Of a stretch of DNA of 64,000 nt, positions 48,626-58,346 are shown piece by piece (positions within the stretch are counted from its first letter, which is position 1; each line of letters opens with the position of its first letter). The DNA is taken from the IMG/VR virus record IMGVR_UViG_3300045988_144993. The stretch is one strand, 5' to 3'. The stretch is from a virus. A program made the translations under genes and the position numbers. The notes under the pieces were generated by a model. The model was not told the origin of the DNA. It did not search any database and saw only the letters and a list, made by a program, of their open reading frames with translations.

Positions 48626-48642
48626 ATATAAGGAGATAAAAT

Positions 48643-49230
48643 ATGAGCAAACCATATGATGTAGGTGCTATTTGTGGCAGATTTCAAACTTTTCATATCG
48701 GTCACGAATCACTTGTTGATACAGCGTTAAAACTGTGTGATAGGGTGTTAATTTTGGTCGGTTCTTCGCAGGAATGTGGAACAGAAAGAAATCCACTAAA
48801 CATTGACACAAGAATAAGAATGTTGAGAGCTATTTACGGTGATGATGACTCAATTATTATTAAGGGTATTTCTGATTTAACAGATGAAAATGATATTAGA
48901 CCTGAATGGGGTCGATACTTACTTGATAATATTGACCGTTATATTTATAAGACACCTGAACTTATGATATACGGTAATGATGAAAGCCGGTCTCGATGGT
49001 TTGACCCAGATGATATTAAGGATGTTACAGAAATTATTGTAAGCCGTGGAAAAATACCTATTTCGGCTACACAAGTAAGAGCCTTAATGGTTGCCGATAA
49101 TCGCAGAGAATGGCAAAAATGGGTTAATCCAAAATTACACAAGATGTATGACGAAATTCGGAGAGAGTTAATGAGTGTTCCATTTTATGCTTCGGAAGAA
49201 TACATTGAGTCTATAAAAGAGGTGATATAA
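48643..49230 (+). CDS. nicotinamide-mononucleotide adenylyltransferase-like nucleotidyltransferase
   Basis: ICGRFQTFHIGH (the GRFQPFHxGH signature) and ISATQVR motifs. Confidence 0.65.
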   Translation: MSKPYDVGAICGRFQTFHIGHESLVDTALKLCDRVLILVGSSQECGTERNPLNIDTRIRMLRAIYGDDDSIIIKGISDLTDENDIRPEWGRYLLDNIDRYIYKTPELMIYGNDESRSRWFDPDDIKDVTEIIVSRGKIPISATQVRALMVADNRREWQKWVNPKLHKMYDEIRRELMSVPFYASEEYIESIKEVI

Positions 49231-49467
49231 ATGGATAGATTAACTTATAAATCACTTATGGGAGATTATGGTTCTGCAAAAGCATTTGAAGATGAATATT
49301 CGGAAAGATGTGCATTGAGAAATGCCCTCGGAAAGTATGAAGATTTAGGTTATACGCCAGGTGAATTAAAAAACATAATCAAACAGAGTCAGTGTGACAT
49401 TGCACAACATATTGAAAACTGCGAAGATTGCGGTTTCTGTAATAAAGGAGAACAGAATAATGAGTGA
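49231..49467 (+). CDS. hypothetical protein
   Basis: ORF. Confidence 0.45.
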   Translation: MDRLTYKSLMGDYGSAKAFEDEYSERCALRNALGKYEDLGYTPGELKNIIKQSQCDIAQHIENCEDCGFCNKGEQNNE

Positions 49468-50197
49468 ATTTGTAAAACCTAAAACAGAATATGTTGCAGA
49501 CAAGGATTATGTTGAGAAACTTGTTAATGTTCATTTAAAAAAGGACTTACACGGAGATGAGGAAATTTGCCAAGTTTGTCACGGCACAGGGCTTGTTATT
49601 CGTGAAAATCCTTATGGATTAAGAGATGACCCTGACAAAAGCAGAATGTTTCCTTACTCTCATCAGACTTTGGATTTTTGCCCACATTGTTTTAATGGTA
49701 TTATCCACCGTTGTAATCTTTGCGGCGGTATCATTCAACGTGGATATACAAGACATAATTGCGAACAACAAAGGGAGTTAGAAAGCAAGCAATTAGATGA
49801 ACGGAGAGCCAAAGCATTAAATGATGCAGAACTTGTACCACCCGAAATAATTAAAAATATGGAATATTTCTTTTCTGACGAGTATGGAAGAAATGACGGT
49901 TTCTTTATGGATTGGGATGATTTTTTTGAGTATTGGGCAGAAGAACACGAACCTTCAGATATAAGACCTGAATTTGTATGGTCAACCGAGCCTGTTAAAA
50001 TTAACATTGATGCACAAGGAATAGTTGAAAATGCAACAGAGAATTTGTATGAGGATGCATTCTATGATATTCCAAGCAAAAAAATCATTGAATTACAGGA
50101 TTACCTTAATAAATGGTGTAAAGAATGTGGTGTAGGTATAACATATTTTAAGGGTAAATATAAGGTAAGGATTCCGTGGGAGGATTACGATGAGTAA
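49460..50197 (+). CDS. hypothetical Cys-rich protein
   Basis: Start trimmed to the ATG after ribosome-binding site AAAGGAGAA. CQVCHG and CPHC motifs. Confidence 0.5.
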   Translation: MSEFVKPKTEYVADKDYVEKLVNVHLKKDLHGDEEICQVCHGTGLVIRENPYGLRDDPDKSRMFPYSHQTLDFCPHCFNGIIHRCNLCGGIIQRGYTRHNCEQQRELESKQLDERRAKALNDAELVPPEIIKNMEYFFSDEYGRNDGFFMDWDDFFEYWAEEHEPSDIRPEFVWSTEPVKINIDAQGIVENATENLYEDAFYDIPSKKIIELQDYLNKWCKECGVGITYFKGKYKVRIPWEDYDE

Positions 50198-50471
50198 AGT
50201 TATTACCAGAAAAAGATACATAATCGTCCGTAATGGTACATATATAATGTGTGGACTTGCGAGGAAATATTATTTCAAACCTATTGATGATATAGGTGAT
50301 ATACAGATTAAGACTTATTCAAGCGAGAAAAAGGCTATTGCTGGTTTTGAAAGAAGTTGGCATCGTAAAATAGGTGATGAATACCAAGTTGTTGAGGTTG
50401 AGGAAGTTATTAAGGTAAAAGATGATTTATATTCGGGGGAACCGATAGCGGTGAGCAATGGGAACAATTAA
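50190..50471 (+). CDS. hypothetical protein
   Basis: ORF. Confidence 0.45.
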   Translation: MSKVITRKRYIIVRNGTYIMCGLARKYYFKPIDDIGDIQIKTYSSEKKAIAGFERSWHRKIGDEYQVVEVEEVIKVKDDLYSGEPIAVSNGNN

Positions 50472-50495
50472 CACTGAATATTTGAGGATATAATA

Positions 50496-52445
50496 ATGAA
50501 TGAAAATAGAGTAGAGGAAGTTAAATCCCTCGTCAAAAAGTTAAATAAGTACAGAGATGAATACTATAACAATAATAATAGTATCATTTCTGACAGAGAG
50601 TATGATGAACTCTTTGATAAACTAATTGTTTTAGAACGAGAGACAGGATGTATATTCTCAAATTCACCGACACAATCTGTTGGTTATATGAGCTTGAGTC
50701 AGTTACAGAAAGTCAAACATAGCCATCCTTTATTATCTCTTGGTAAGACAACAGATATTGATGAGTTTATTAAGTATTTCGGCAACAAAGATTTTCTTAT
50801 TATGGCAAAACTTGATGGGCTTACTTGCTCCTTGACATATGACAATGGCAAACTCATAAGAGCCGAAAGTCGTGGTGACGGTGAAACCGGAGAAGATATT
50901 ACCCACAATGCAAAAGTATTTTCTAATCTTCCAACAGAAATTCCGTTTAAGGGTAAACTCGAAATTGATGGCGAGTGTATTATTACTTATGATGAATTTG
51001 AACGTATCAAAGCAAGAGAAAATACAAAATATAAAAATCCACGAAATCTTGTAAGTGGTTCAGTACGTCAGTTGAATAGTGAAATTGCTGCAAAACGGAA
51101 TATCAAGTTTATAGCTTGGAGGCTTCACGAAGCAGAAAATGTTGGTATTCAGTATCATTCTGAAGGTTTTGATTTTCTATCAAATCTTGGTTTTGATGTA
51201 GTACCTTATTATACCAATAGTATTAAAACTATTGAATGGATTAAAGATGAATGCGAAACCAAACAGATTCCGATTGATGGAATAGTAGGAATGTTTGATG
51301 ATATTGAGTATGGAAATTCTCTTGGTAGAACAGGACATCACCCAAGACATTCTCTTGCATATAAATTCTATCAAGAGGAAAACGAAACGGTTTTGCTTAA
51401 CATTGAGTGGTCAACGAGCAGAACTGGTCTTGTAAATCCTGTTGCAATTTTTGAGCCTGTCGAGATTGATGGAACTACTGTATCTCGTGCTACTCTTAAC
51501 AATGTAAGTATTATCAAAGAGCTTGAACTTGGTATTGGTGACATTGTAACCGTTGTTAAAGCAAATCAGATTATCCCGAAAATCACACAAAATCTTACAA
51601 GAAGTAATACATACCAAATACCTTCAGTATGCCCGTCTTGTGAAAATCCTGTGACGATAAAGAATGATAATGGTAGAGAAATGCTTTACTGCACAAACAG
51701 ACATTGTAAAGCAATTCTTCACGATAAAATTTCAAACTTTGCTACAAGGGAAGCAATGAATATTGTAGGCATATCAGAAGAAAGGTTACGCTCCCTTATG
51801 GATATGGGTTATATTACAAGTTTTGAGAGCCTTTATCACCTTAAAGATTATCGTAATGAAATTGCAAAAGCAAAAGGTTTTGGTGAATCAAGCATTGATA
51901 AGATTATCAATGCTATTGAAGTTAGTAAAAAATGTCAGTTAATCAATATTATTATTGCTATTGGTATTCCGGGAATTGGTAAATCAGCAGCAAGAACGAT
52001 AGCTGAATATTGTGAAGAAACAGGAGCAGAAAATACATTTCAAGAGTTTATCAATTTTGCAATGTCAGGATTTGATTGGAGCGTATTGCAGGAAATCGGA
52101 CAGACAACAAGTGATAATATCAATTCATATGTTGCAGATAATTATGAAGATATTCAACCTCTTGTTAATATTCTTCACATTAAAAAACCACAAAAATCCG
52201 ATTTAAGCCAAAGATACAAAGGCAAAACATTTTGTATTACAGGAAAATTAGTTGAATTTGACAACCGTAATGCTCTTGTGTATGATATTGAAGCAAAAGG
52301 TGGAACGGTAGTTTCTTCCGTGACTTCTAAAACACAATATTTAATTACAAATGATAAGACTTCTGGCAGCTCTAAAAATAAAGCTGCTGAGAAGTATGGA
52401 ACAAAGATTATTTCTGAACTTGAATATATAATGGGAAATTTCTAA
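50496..52445 (+). CDS. ligA: NAD-dependent DNA ligase
   Basis: KLDGL adenylation motif, an OB fold, zinc-finger cysteines, helix-hairpin-helix region and a C-terminal BRCT domain. Confidence 0.85.
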   Translation: MNENRVEEVKSLVKKLNKYRDEYYNNNNSIISDREYDELFDKLIVLERETGCIFSNSPTQSVGYMSLSQLQKVKHSHPLLSLGKTTDIDEFIKYFGNKDFLIMAKLDGLTCSLTYDNGKLIRAESRGDGETGEDITHNAKVFSNLPTEIPFKGKLEIDGECIITYDEFERIKARENTKYKNPRNLVSGSVRQLNSEIAAKRNIKFIAWRLHEAENVGIQYHSEGFDFLSNLGFDVVPYYTNSIKTIEWIKDECETKQIPIDGIVGMFDDIEYGNSLGRTGHHPRHSLAYKFYQEENETVLLNIEWSTSRTGLVNPVAIFEPVEIDGTTVSRATLNNVSIIKELELGIGDIVTVVKANQIIPKITQNLTRSNTYQIPSVCPSCENPVTIKNDNGREMLYCTNRHCKAILHDKISNFATREAMNIVGISEERLRSLMDMGYITSFESLYHLKDYRNEIAKAKGFGESSIDKIINAIEVSKKCQLINIIIAIGIPGIGKSAARTIAEYCEETGAENTFQEFINFAMSGFDWSVLQEIGQTTSDNINSYVADNYEDIQPLVNILHIKKPQKSDLSQRYKGKTFCITGKLVEFDNRNALVYDIEAKGGTVVSSVTSKTQYLITNDKTSGSSKNKAAEKYGTKIISELEYIMGNF

Positions 52446-52473
52446 AAATAAGAAATAATTTTGAGAAAAACGA

Positions 52474-52502
52474 TTGACATACATTAAATCCTATGATATA
52501 CT
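52474..52502 (+). promoter_or_regulatory. sigma-A-type promoter with upstream element
   Basis: Upstream element AGAAATAATTTTGAGAAA at 52449. TTGACA at 52474 and extended -10 TATACT at 52497. Confidence 0.55.
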
Positions 52503-52530
52503 TTAGATAAAGTTGAAAAGAGGTGAAAAT

Positions 52531-52803
52531 ATGAAAGCAAAAATTGAGCTATCAAATATTACTGCCGTTAAAAAGTTTACCGATATAGTAAGCACAATTG
52601 ATTGTGATGTGCGACTCATAGGTAAAGATGAAAATGGAAATGATTGGGATATATCCGCAAAGTCATTACTTTGTTCTTTGATTATGGCACAGAGAGAACA
52701 GTCTGAAAGAGAGCATACTGCTCACGAAGTAGATTGGAATACAATATGGTGTGTTTGCGAAAAGGATATTTATTCGGCAATTAGCGAATTTGTTGTTACT
52801 TAA
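52531..52803 (+). CDS. hypothetical protein
   Basis: Start trimmed to the ATG after ribosome-binding site AAAGAGGTGAAAA. Confidence 0.5.
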   Translation: MKAKIELSNITAVKKFTDIVSTIDCDVRLIGKDENGNDWDISAKSLLCSLIMAQREQSEREHTAHEVDWNTIWCVCEKDIYSAISEFVVT

Positions 52804-53119
52804 AAACATTATCGAGCAACACAAAAACAATACATAAAATATCATTTTTATTACTCATAATGTACCTTAAACTCCCTATATTGCTATTTTTTATGATAAC
52901 TATAATTGTAATATTAGAGCAGACCAAACAACGATTGGAACAATAACTTCAACGATAGGTCATAGTGCTTTAAGGAATTCATATAAATTGATAGAAATGC
53001 AATAATTTTTTATTATTAAGAAATAATATTGAGAAATACATAAAAGGAGAACTTATGGATTTATTGGCAATGAGTAATTATATAATTTGCAAACCATATT
53101 CTTTTCCAAAGGAAGGATA

Positions 53120-53272
53120 ATGAAAATGAAATGTAAATATGAACAAAAAGCAAATCTTGGTGAGAAATATATCAAGTGTGGACGTGACGGTTCAATCCGT
53201 CATTATCCCTGCCATTGTAATAAACACCAGCCGACATTGTGGGAAAAGCTCAAAACGAAGTTTGGCTTGTGA
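53120..53272 (+). CDS. small Cys/His-rich protein
   Basis: ORF with ribosome-binding site AAGGAAGGA. Confidence 0.35.
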   Translation: MKMKCKYEQKANLGEKYIKCGRDGSIRHYPCHCNKHQPTLWEKLKTKFGL

Positions 53273-53284
53273 TGAGGGTATAAA

Positions 53285-53821
53285 ATGATTGTAAACAGAG
53301 TATGGGCTATGCCTAACTGCAAAACATTTAGTATTCCTCCAATAAAAGAACTTGTGGTGAGATACACCGCCAGGGGGGATAAAAACAAAGTAATTGTTGA
53401 CCCATTTGCAAATGGTTGTCATATAGGAACGATTACTAATGACTTAAATCCAAAATTTGATACTACATATCATTTAGATGCTTTAGACTTTTTGAAGTTG
53501 ATAGAAAGTGAATCTGCTGATGTGGTTTTATATGACCCACCATATTCGCTTCGTCAAGTAAAAGAATGCTATGAGGGTGTTGGTATCAAAGTAACCGCAG
53601 AACATACAAAAGCATCTTGGAGAGCAAAACATCTTGATGAGATTGCTCGTATTCTTAAACCGAATGGAGTTTGTCTTTCTTTTGGTTGGAATACAAATGG
53701 TGTTGGCAAGAAAAGAGGATTTGAAATAATTGAAATTCTTGTTGTTGCCCACGGCGGCAGCAAGAATGACACATTATGTACTGTTGAAAAGAAGGTTACA
53801 TATGATTCAGATTCGACATAG
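53285..53821 (+). CDS. DNA methyltransferase (amino-MTase, motif I then motif IV)
   Basis: IVDPFANG (motif I) and LYDPPY (motif IV). Confidence 0.6.
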   Translation: MIVNRVWAMPNCKTFSIPPIKELVVRYTARGDKNKVIVDPFANGCHIGTITNDLNPKFDTTYHLDALDFLKLIESESADVVLYDPPYSLRQVKECYEGVGIKVTAEHTKASWRAKHLDEIARILKPNGVCLSFGWNTNGVGKKRGFEIIEILVVAHGGSKNDTLCTVEKKVTYDSDST

Positions 53822-54137
53822 AGGACAATTATTAAAACATAATGAGCTTAACGAGATTGCGAATAATTACATATTAACAAAACACGCAAAAGAAATGATT
53901 GACAAAAGATGCCCCAACCTAAATATAAAACATTCAATTAAACATCCTATTTTGGCTTATTTTAATACAGATGGTAGTGTGAATATTGCAATAAATGGTT
54001 TTGAGTATTTAGTAGTATCACTTGATAGATTCCCGTATAAAATTATTACATTCAAAGAGAAATCACACAATGGTATAAATATTTATTTCAAAAGATATTT
54101 AGCTCAAATGGGATATTGCAGAAAATTATTTCAGTAA
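53802..54137 (+). CDS. hypothetical protein
   Basis: The tracked ORF starts inside the methyltransferase gene. I trimmed the start to the ATG at 53802. Confidence 0.4.
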   Translation: MIQIRHRGQLLKHNELNEIANNYILTKHAKEMIDKRCPNLNIKHSIKHPILAYFNTDGSVNIAINGFEYLVVSLDRFPYKIITFKEKSHNGINIYFKRYLAQMGYCRKLFQ

Positions 54138-54212
54138 GAGGTTTTTGAAATGAAATATCAGATGATGACATTAACGACCATTCACAAAATTGGTTGTCTA
54201 ATGATTACATAA

Positions 54213-55148
54213 ATGGAGTCATTATTACAAACTATGAAACGCTGGATTTTAACAATAGAGGAATTTAATGCAAAACCTTTAATTTATGCTGAAACTGCTG
54301 AAAAAGCAAGACAGGTTTTTAGCTCTGAAAATGTTACAGATATTCAACCATATACAGATATGTCCTATCTTGATACTATTCAAGAGTTAAAAAGCAAATC
54401 TGAACTTTTAGTAATACACAAAATTCCTCAAAATAGAACAAGAGAATGGTATAAGTATCAATTACAAGATGGTATGTTACGATTTAGGCTATATAAAGAC
54501 AATGCTGATGATTTGTATTATGACATTGTTGAATATCAGTTTATGTCAAACGATAGTTTAGTTTATCCTATAACATTTACTTATTCTAATCCTGCCGAAG
54601 TTTACGAATTATTTTTTACAGCACCGCTTTTTTGCGAAGTGGTTTCATATAGATTTTACGGTCAGCTAAAATTATCAAAACCAGCAGAATTAAAAGGAGT
54701 AAAGCAAAGTTTTTCAGCGGATTGGATTCTAAACAAGTGCAAGTGTCAATGTGTTGTAAAAGGTGATGACCTTTGGATTAAACACAGGGATTTCTTTTCA
54801 CCCTTACATAGACCATCTGACCCAAGTGACAATGGAACACCCTTGGTATATCGTGCCAAAAAGTATTTTGGCATTGATTTAAGTAACAAAGAAAAGTTTT
54901 GTTATTCAGATTGTTGGGGCGAAATCATATTACGAAATGAAGCGTGGATTGTATTCCGAAATTTAGGTCAGGTAATACGCCGAGATAGACAACCACCAAT
55001 TCAAAATATGATTAAAGCATTTTCAAATAGTGATTTTTGTATTAAACACTCAATATCACAATACGATTTGAGCAATGGTGATTGGGAAAGATTTTTTGAA
55101 AATGTATGTTGTAATTATAAAAAGTATGTCAAACAAGGAGATACATAA
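54213..55148 (+). CDS. hypothetical protein
   Basis: ORF. Confidence 0.55.
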   Translation: MESLLQTMKRWILTIEEFNAKPLIYAETAEKARQVFSSENVTDIQPYTDMSYLDTIQELKSKSELLVIHKIPQNRTREWYKYQLQDGMLRFRLYKDNADDLYYDIVEYQFMSNDSLVYPITFTYSNPAEVYELFFTAPLFCEVVSYRFYGQLKLSKPAELKGVKQSFSADWILNKCKCQCVVKGDDLWIKHRDFFSPLHRPSDPSDNGTPLVYRAKKYFGIDLSNKEKFCYSDCWGEIILRNEAWIVFRNLGQVIRRDRQPPIQNMIKAFSNSDFCIKHSISQYDLSNGDWERFFENVCCNYKKYVKQGDT

Positions 55149-55304
55149 ATGAATAATCAACTTATCGAAGAAAATCTGTTAGGTGTTTAACTAATAACAG
55201 GAACAAATTATAAACGAATAAGCGATGTTTGTAATAATAAATATGAGCGTAAAGCGCAGGTGGATATACTTGGCGCTTCGTTGAAAATGAAAGGAGTTGA
55301 TTAT

Positions 55305-56361
55305 ATGTCTTTCTATTACAGCAATGAAATTGTTTTTAGAGGACATCCCTGACAAAGTTTGCGACCAAATAAGTGATGCACTTCTTGATGCTTTTTTGAA
55401 GCAGGATAAACATAGCAGATGCGGCATTGAAACTGTCGGCGGCAAAGGAAAAATATTCGTAACAGGTGAAGTAACTTCAAGAGCATTAGTCAATGTAACA
55501 AACATTGTTAAAGAAGCTCTTCGTGATGTTGGATATGACCCAAATAAATATGAAGTTATTGATAACATCGGTAAACAGTCACCTGATATTGCGCAGGGCG
55601 TTGATGCTGGAGGTGCTGGAGACCAAGGAATGATGTTCGGGTATGCGTGCAGAGATACAGTGGATTACATTCCTACGGCAATGGCTATCCTTCAAGATTT
55701 ATCGGCATTCTATGATAGACTTGTCAAAATTGATGACAGATTTCTCCCTGATGGCAAGGCACAGATAACAGGGTTCTATGATGAAAATAACAAATTGGAG
55801 TATATAAAGGATTTTATTATCTCATATCAGAACAAAGAAACAAATCGAGCAGAGACAGATAAAATTCTTACTGACTACTGTGAGACACTTTGTTCAAATT
55901 ATGGAATTGCAATCAGAGAGTTTCACATCAATCTGACGGGTAAATTCTTAATCGGTGGTTTTGATGGAGATGCAGGTCTAACCGGCAGAAAAATTGTAGT
56001 TGACAATTATCAATCTTTTGCAAATGTCGGAGGTGGTGCATTCTCTGGTAAAGACCCAACAAAAGTTGACCGTTCGGCAGCGTATAAGGCAAGACAGCTT
56101 GCAATCGAATGTCTTGATACATTACCCGATGTCAACTGGTGCGAAATTCAGATTTCTTATGCAATAGGTATGGATAAGCCTCTTGGAATTTATGCAAAGA
56201 CAAACAAGGAAGTAATTGATATACCGGACTGTTTCTATGATGAATGCACACCAAAAAGGATTATCGAAGATTTGCATTTGATAGATGGAACATTTAAGTT
56301 TAATGATACTGCAAAGTTTGGTCACTTTGGTCATTCTGAATTTCCGTGGGAGTCAAGATAA
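55305..56361 (+). CDS. metK: S-adenosylmethionine synthetase with a 1-nt frameshift in the GHPDK motif
   Basis: The ATG at 55305 (ribosome-binding site AAAGGAG) gives MSFYYSNEIVFRGHP, then a stop. The +1 frame continues DKVCDQISDALLDA...GAGDQG...GGGAFSGKDPTKVDRSAAY. An extra T or C in GGACATCCC(T)GAC breaks the motif. Confidence 0.65.
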
Positions 56362-56762
56362 TGTCAATATTTGAACAATCGAAAATTCGAGGTTATAAAT
56401 TCCTCGATAGGTGCATTACCTTATCGAACTACATAATTACTTTTTATATTGAGGATATGGTTTCTGCTAAAACAATGCTTGACGAAATCATTGAATACTA
56501 TAAGAAGGTGACTTATGACTGTGAGATAAAATCTATTGCTGAAGGTGAGCAAATTAAGATTGAGTTTTTCAATGGTAGCATTATCAATCTAATAACCAAA
56601 GAGAATATGATTTCTGAAATTTGTTCACAAGTTATTTTTATGGATTCTCGAATAAGAGAAACATATATTCAAGAAGTTATTAAGCCGAAAATCGACCAAT
56701 ATGTTCTCGGAGATGGAAATGCAATGCTCAATCCAAAACCAATATACTTACAATTTGTATAA
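56361..56762 (+). CDS. hypothetical protein
   Basis: Its start overlaps the metK stop. Confidence 0.5.
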   Translation: MSIFEQSKIRGYKFLDRCITLSNYIITFYIEDMVSAKTMLDEIIEYYKKVTYDCEIKSIAEGEQIKIEFFNGSIINLITKENMISEICSQVIFMDSRIRETYIQEVIKPKIDQYVLGDGNAMLNPKPIYLQFV

Positions 56763-56778
56763 ATGAAAGGAAATTATT

Positions 56779-57366
56779 ATGAAAAAGAAAAGAATTGTTT
56801 CAATCTTAATGGTTGTTCTTGTTATGTTTTCTGTTTGCTGTTTATTTACTGGATGTGTAGATAACACAAGTGAATCAGAAAATACTAAAACAGCTATGAA
56901 AAGTTCTGGAGAAATTGTTGATAATCAACCTGCTCCAATAGATTTATCTTATTCTCTCGAAAGATACAATGTCATAAAAAGAGCCTATTGGGTAAATGGT
57001 CAAAGAGAAAAAGCAATGTCTTTACCCTGTGAAGTTGAAAAACCTCTTGGCTATATTGTTTTGTTCTCTGAAAATGGCTCTGTTGTTGGAAGATTTGTTG
57101 TTGATGGTAAAGTATCAAGTTTGAACAGTTACCTATTCCCTGCCGAATATCCACAGCATATCCATAATGAAGATGGAAATGGAAATTGTTATTATGACTT
57201 GGTTGAAATCGCAGGTATTGATGGATGTTATGGCGAAAATGTGCCGGGAATATTCTTCTTTACTACCGATGGAAAATATATTGAATGGACTGGAGATTTC
57301 TTATTTAGTGATATTCCATTTGAAGTTGATGACCCTGTTTTATCTATTGATGGAGGAAGTAAATAA
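56779..57366 (+). CDS. lipoprotein
   Basis: Signal peptide with lipobox LFTGC. Confidence 0.55.
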   Translation: MKKKRIVSILMVVLVMFSVCCLFTGCVDNTSESENTKTAMKSSGEIVDNQPAPIDLSYSLERYNVIKRAYWVNGQREKAMSLPCEVEKPLGYIVLFSENGSVVGRFVVDGKVSSLNSYLFPAEYPQHIHNEDGNGNCYYDLVEIAGIDGCYGENVPGIFFFTTDGKYIEWTGDFLFSDIPFEVDDPVLSIDGGSK

Positions 57367-57758
57367 TGCGTAAAACGGTAATTACAGTATTGATAGTTTT
57401 GGTTTGTATTCTTATTATCGGATTGCCTATATATTTTACTGCAACTCCAAGTGGTGTTTCAGCTTGGAATAATTGGTTTGGTACAGTTCAAAAAGCAGAT
57501 GATGATACCAACTATGAAACATTAAAAAGGGTTGAAGATACTTGTCGTTCTATGATTTCTTCTTATAATTCAGATAAACTCATTTATGAGCAATATAAAG
57601 ATTCTGATGATGAAGAAAAACAAAATTGGGCTGAACAAGCAAAGATGAGGGCTAATAAGACAGCAAATACATATAACAATTATATTCTTAAAAATGATTA
57701 TATATGGCAGAATAACATTCCTGCTGATATATATAGAGAATTGTCATACATTGATTAA
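57366..57758 (+). CDS. membrane protein
   Basis: N-terminal transmembrane segment. Confidence 0.5.
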   Translation: MRKTVITVLIVLVCILIIGLPIYFTATPSGVSAWNNWFGTVQKADDDTNYETLKRVEDTCRSMISSYNSDKLIYEQYKDSDDEEKQNWAEQAKMRANKTANTYNNYILKNDYIWQNNIPADIYRELSYID

Positions 57759-57776
57759 ACGCTGGGAGGATTAAAA

Positions 57777-58343
57777 ATGGCTAAAGAAAAAGGTAAATTT
57801 AGTTTGAAATTAACAGCAATTATTCTTGCTATTATTGTTGCTGTTTCGATGATGTTTGTATTCGGTTTCAATGGCGTTAAAAACAAAGCGATTTCTTACG
57901 AGGAACAAATCAGTACAGCGCAGTCTGACATTAAGGTTCAGGAAAAGCGCAGAGCAGACCTTATACCTAACCTTGTTGATTGTGTTAAACAGTATGATAA
58001 GCACGAATATGAAACCCTAATGGCTGTCGTTGAAGCAAGAGGCACATCGTCTGATAATTCTGTGAATGAGATTCAGACTATGATTAACGCAGTTGCAGAG
58101 GCTTATCCAGAATTAAAGAGCAATGAAAACTACAAAGAATTGATGTCGGAACTTACAACCACAGAAAATTTGATTGCAAATTATCGAAGTAATTTTAATA
58201 AGTTTGTTAAATCTTATAATCAGTATGTAAGGCAATTTCCGAACAGTAATATTCTTGATATGCTCGGCTATGAGGTAATTGAATATTCATACTTAAATTA
58301 TGATGTATCGGAAGATGCACCAACAAATCTTTTCGGAGATTAA
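57777..58343 (+). CDS. LemA-family protein
   Basis: N-terminal transmembrane segment plus LemA-like conserved blocks. Confidence 0.6.
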   Translation: MAKEKGKFSLKLTAIILAIIVAVSMMFVFGFNGVKNKAISYEEQISTAQSDIKVQEKRRADLIPNLVDCVKQYDKHEYETLMAVVEARGTSSDNSVNEIQTMINAVAEAYPELKSNENYKELMSELTTTENLIANYRSNFNKFVKSYNQYVRQFPNSNILDMLGYEVIEYSYLNYDVSEDAPTNLFGD

Positions 58344-58346
58344 CCT

